NCBI GenBank assembly: GCA_963991145.1
Contig: CAXDOZ010000003.1
Location: 1 to 51,068 of the forward strand
DNA length: 51,068 nt
Direction: 5' to 3'
Source of the DNA: an uncultured Chitinophagales bacterium
GTDB lineage: Bacteria > Bacteroidota > Bacteroidia > Chitinophagales > JABDMM01
In this document: in pieces, positions 49,554 to 51,068 of the stretch
How the letters are laid out: each line of letters opens with the position of its first letter
How positions within the stretch are numbered: the first letter of the stretch is position 1
Program-made: the position numbers and the translations under genes
The notes under the pieces: generated by a model
What the model was told of the DNA's origin: nothing
Seen by the model: the letters and a program-made list of their open reading frames with translations, nothing else
The model's database searches: none

Positions 49554-50981
49554 TTATGGGAAGATCCCCATTGAAAAGTAAGCCTGTGCAATTTTATTGA
49601 TCGCAACAATGAAGGCTGCAGTTCTAAGGTCTTCACAACCTTTATGACGCTTCCATACTTCGCGAATATCGCGATATGCTCCAACCATAGTCTCTTCAAG
49701 ACCAGAGTTTACGATATCGATCTCATCAGCACCATGAATAATGCTGCTTCTCTCTTTTAAGGCGATCTTCTTACCGGTTTGACGCTCAATAAGGTCCAGG
49801 ATCTTCGCTTGAGTATCTTCCTCAAATCGCTTCTGCATTCTCCCGAATCTTACGTGAGAAAGGTTCTTCAACCACTCGAAGTAAGAAACGGTAACACCTC
49901 CTGCATTGCAGTAGATATCAGGGATGATCAAAACATTATTCTTGAGAAGGATCTGCTCAGCTTCCGGGGTAACAGGACCATTTGCAGCCTCTGCAATGAT
50001 CTTAGCCTTTACATTTGGTGCATTCTCAGCAGTGATCTGATTTTCTAGTGCAGCTGGAATTAGGATATCACATTCTAGTTCAAGAGCGTCAGAGTTCTTT
50101 TTCAAGTTCTTAGCACCTGGAAAATCAAGGATACTACCTGTTTGCTTTCTGTGCTTAAGAACTTTTTCAATATCAAGACCATCCTTGTTTAGGATAGCTC
50201 CTTCATATTCTGAGATAGAAATAACTTTTGCACCGTATTTTTTAATGATTCTACCTGCATGGAAACCTACGTTTCCAATACCCTGAATCACAACTGTTTT
50301 GCCGTCCAATCCAGTCGTAAGACCAAGATCTTTCATATCATCAGCATAGCTACATACTTCATTCAAAGAGTAAACCACTCCTCTACCAGTAGCTTCTGTT
50401 CTTCCTCGAATACCATTTTGAGTAACCGGCTTACCTGTAACACATGCGTAACCATCGATCGAACCAGGGTTCATGGTCATATATGTATCAAGGATCCAGG
50501 CCATCTCTCTTTCACCTGTTCCATAATCAGGAGCAGGTACATCAATACCAGGACCGATGAAATTTTTCTTGATAAGCTCAGAAGTGTATCTACGAGTGAT
50601 CTTCTCAAGAACAGCTGGCGAAGTTGCTCTAGGATCGATCTTAATACCACCTTTGGCTCCTCCAAAAGGAACATCTACAATGGCACACTTATAGGTCATA
50701 AGCGCAGCAAGTCCCATCACCTCATCCTGATTAACATGGGTTGAATAGCGGATCCCGCCTTTTGTTGGTGTTCTATGATGACTGTGCTGAACGCGGTAAG
50801 CTTCAACTACCTCGTAAGTATTCTTTCCGGTCTTCACCGGGAACTTCATTTGATAAACACTATTACACTGATTGATCTGGTTAAGTAACCCTTCTGGGTG
50901 TCGAGTCAGCGCAGCAGCTTTGTCAAAGTAATTTTGAGCGGCTTCGTAAAGACTGAAAGCCTGTTCATTTTTAGATGCCAT
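49554..50981 (-). CDS. gdhA: Glutamate dehydrogenase (Glu/Leu/Phe/Val family), animal-GDH-like
   Basis: [48 protein letters not shown]. Confidence 0.92.
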   Translation of the reverse strand: MASKNEQAFSLYEAAQNYFDKAAALTRHPEGLLNQINQCNSVYQMKFPVKTGKNTYEVVEAYRVQHSHHRTPTKGGIRYSTHVNQDEVMGLAALMTYKCAIVDVPFGGAKGGIKIDPRATSPAVLEKITRRYTSELIKKNFIGPGIDVPAPDYGTGEREMAWILDTYMTMNPGSIDGYACVTGKPVTQNGIRGRTEATGRGVVYSLNEVCSYADDMKDLGLTTGLDGKTVVIQGIGNVGFHAGRIIKKYGAKVISISEYEGAILNKDGLDIEKVLKHRKQTGSILDFPGAKNLKKNSDALELECDILIPAALENQITAENAPNVKAKIIAEAANGPVTPEAEQILLKNNVLIIPDIYCNAGGVTVSYFEWLKNLSHVRFGRMQKRFEEDTQAKILDLIERQTGKKIALKERSSIIHGADEIDIVNSGLEETMVGAYRDIREVWKRHKGCEDLRTAAFIVAINKIAQAYFSMGIFP

Positions 50982-51068
50982 ACAGCTATTTAATAATAGA
51001 GATCAGGAATTGATATCGTTTTCTTTTTCCAATTTATTCAGTCGCTTGTCAAGTCGACGGAGAAACAA

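Noticed and set aside
49779-50744. Plus-strand ORFs opposite gdh (89 and 161 aa)
   Set aside because: Antisense open frames are expected opposite a codon-biased, highly expressed gene; no recognisable motifs

Overview
A 51-kb chromosomal window from a Bacteroidota bacterium. The assignment rests on T9SS genes, TAnnTTTG-type promoters and signal peptides cleaved before Gln; lower rank cannot be fixed from sequence alone. The left end holds two minus-strand Ig/cadherin-repeat surface-protein genes behind a long hairpin-rich leader; one is >1538 aa, runs off the window edge and is missing from the ORF track. Next comes an envelope cluster (GT2, ArnT-like GT-C, PAP2, LptF/G, START-like). The core genes follow: ffh, purM, polyprenyl synthase, multi-PAS kinase, rnr, ABC ATPase, GT4, exonuclease, TPMT-like methyltransferase, queG, miaE, sugar dehydrogenase, gamma-CA and GT9. 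After these lie a type-B T9SS cargo-porP-porE operon, a 35-aa repeat protein, a type-A T9SS cargo, a response regulator/kinase pair, a Fur-family regulator, a GNAT and an animal-like glutamate dehydrogenase. I saw no tRNA, rRNA, CRISPR array or mobile element. The best novel candidate is an inference and untested: an ~80-nt sRNA after purM. It is bounded by an ECF-sigma-like promoter (GCAACC-N17-GTCTAT) and an intrinsic terminator, and its G-rich 5' end is complementary to C-rich sequences upstream of the T9SS operon start codons. The same promoter motif recurs upstream of both T9SS cargo genes.
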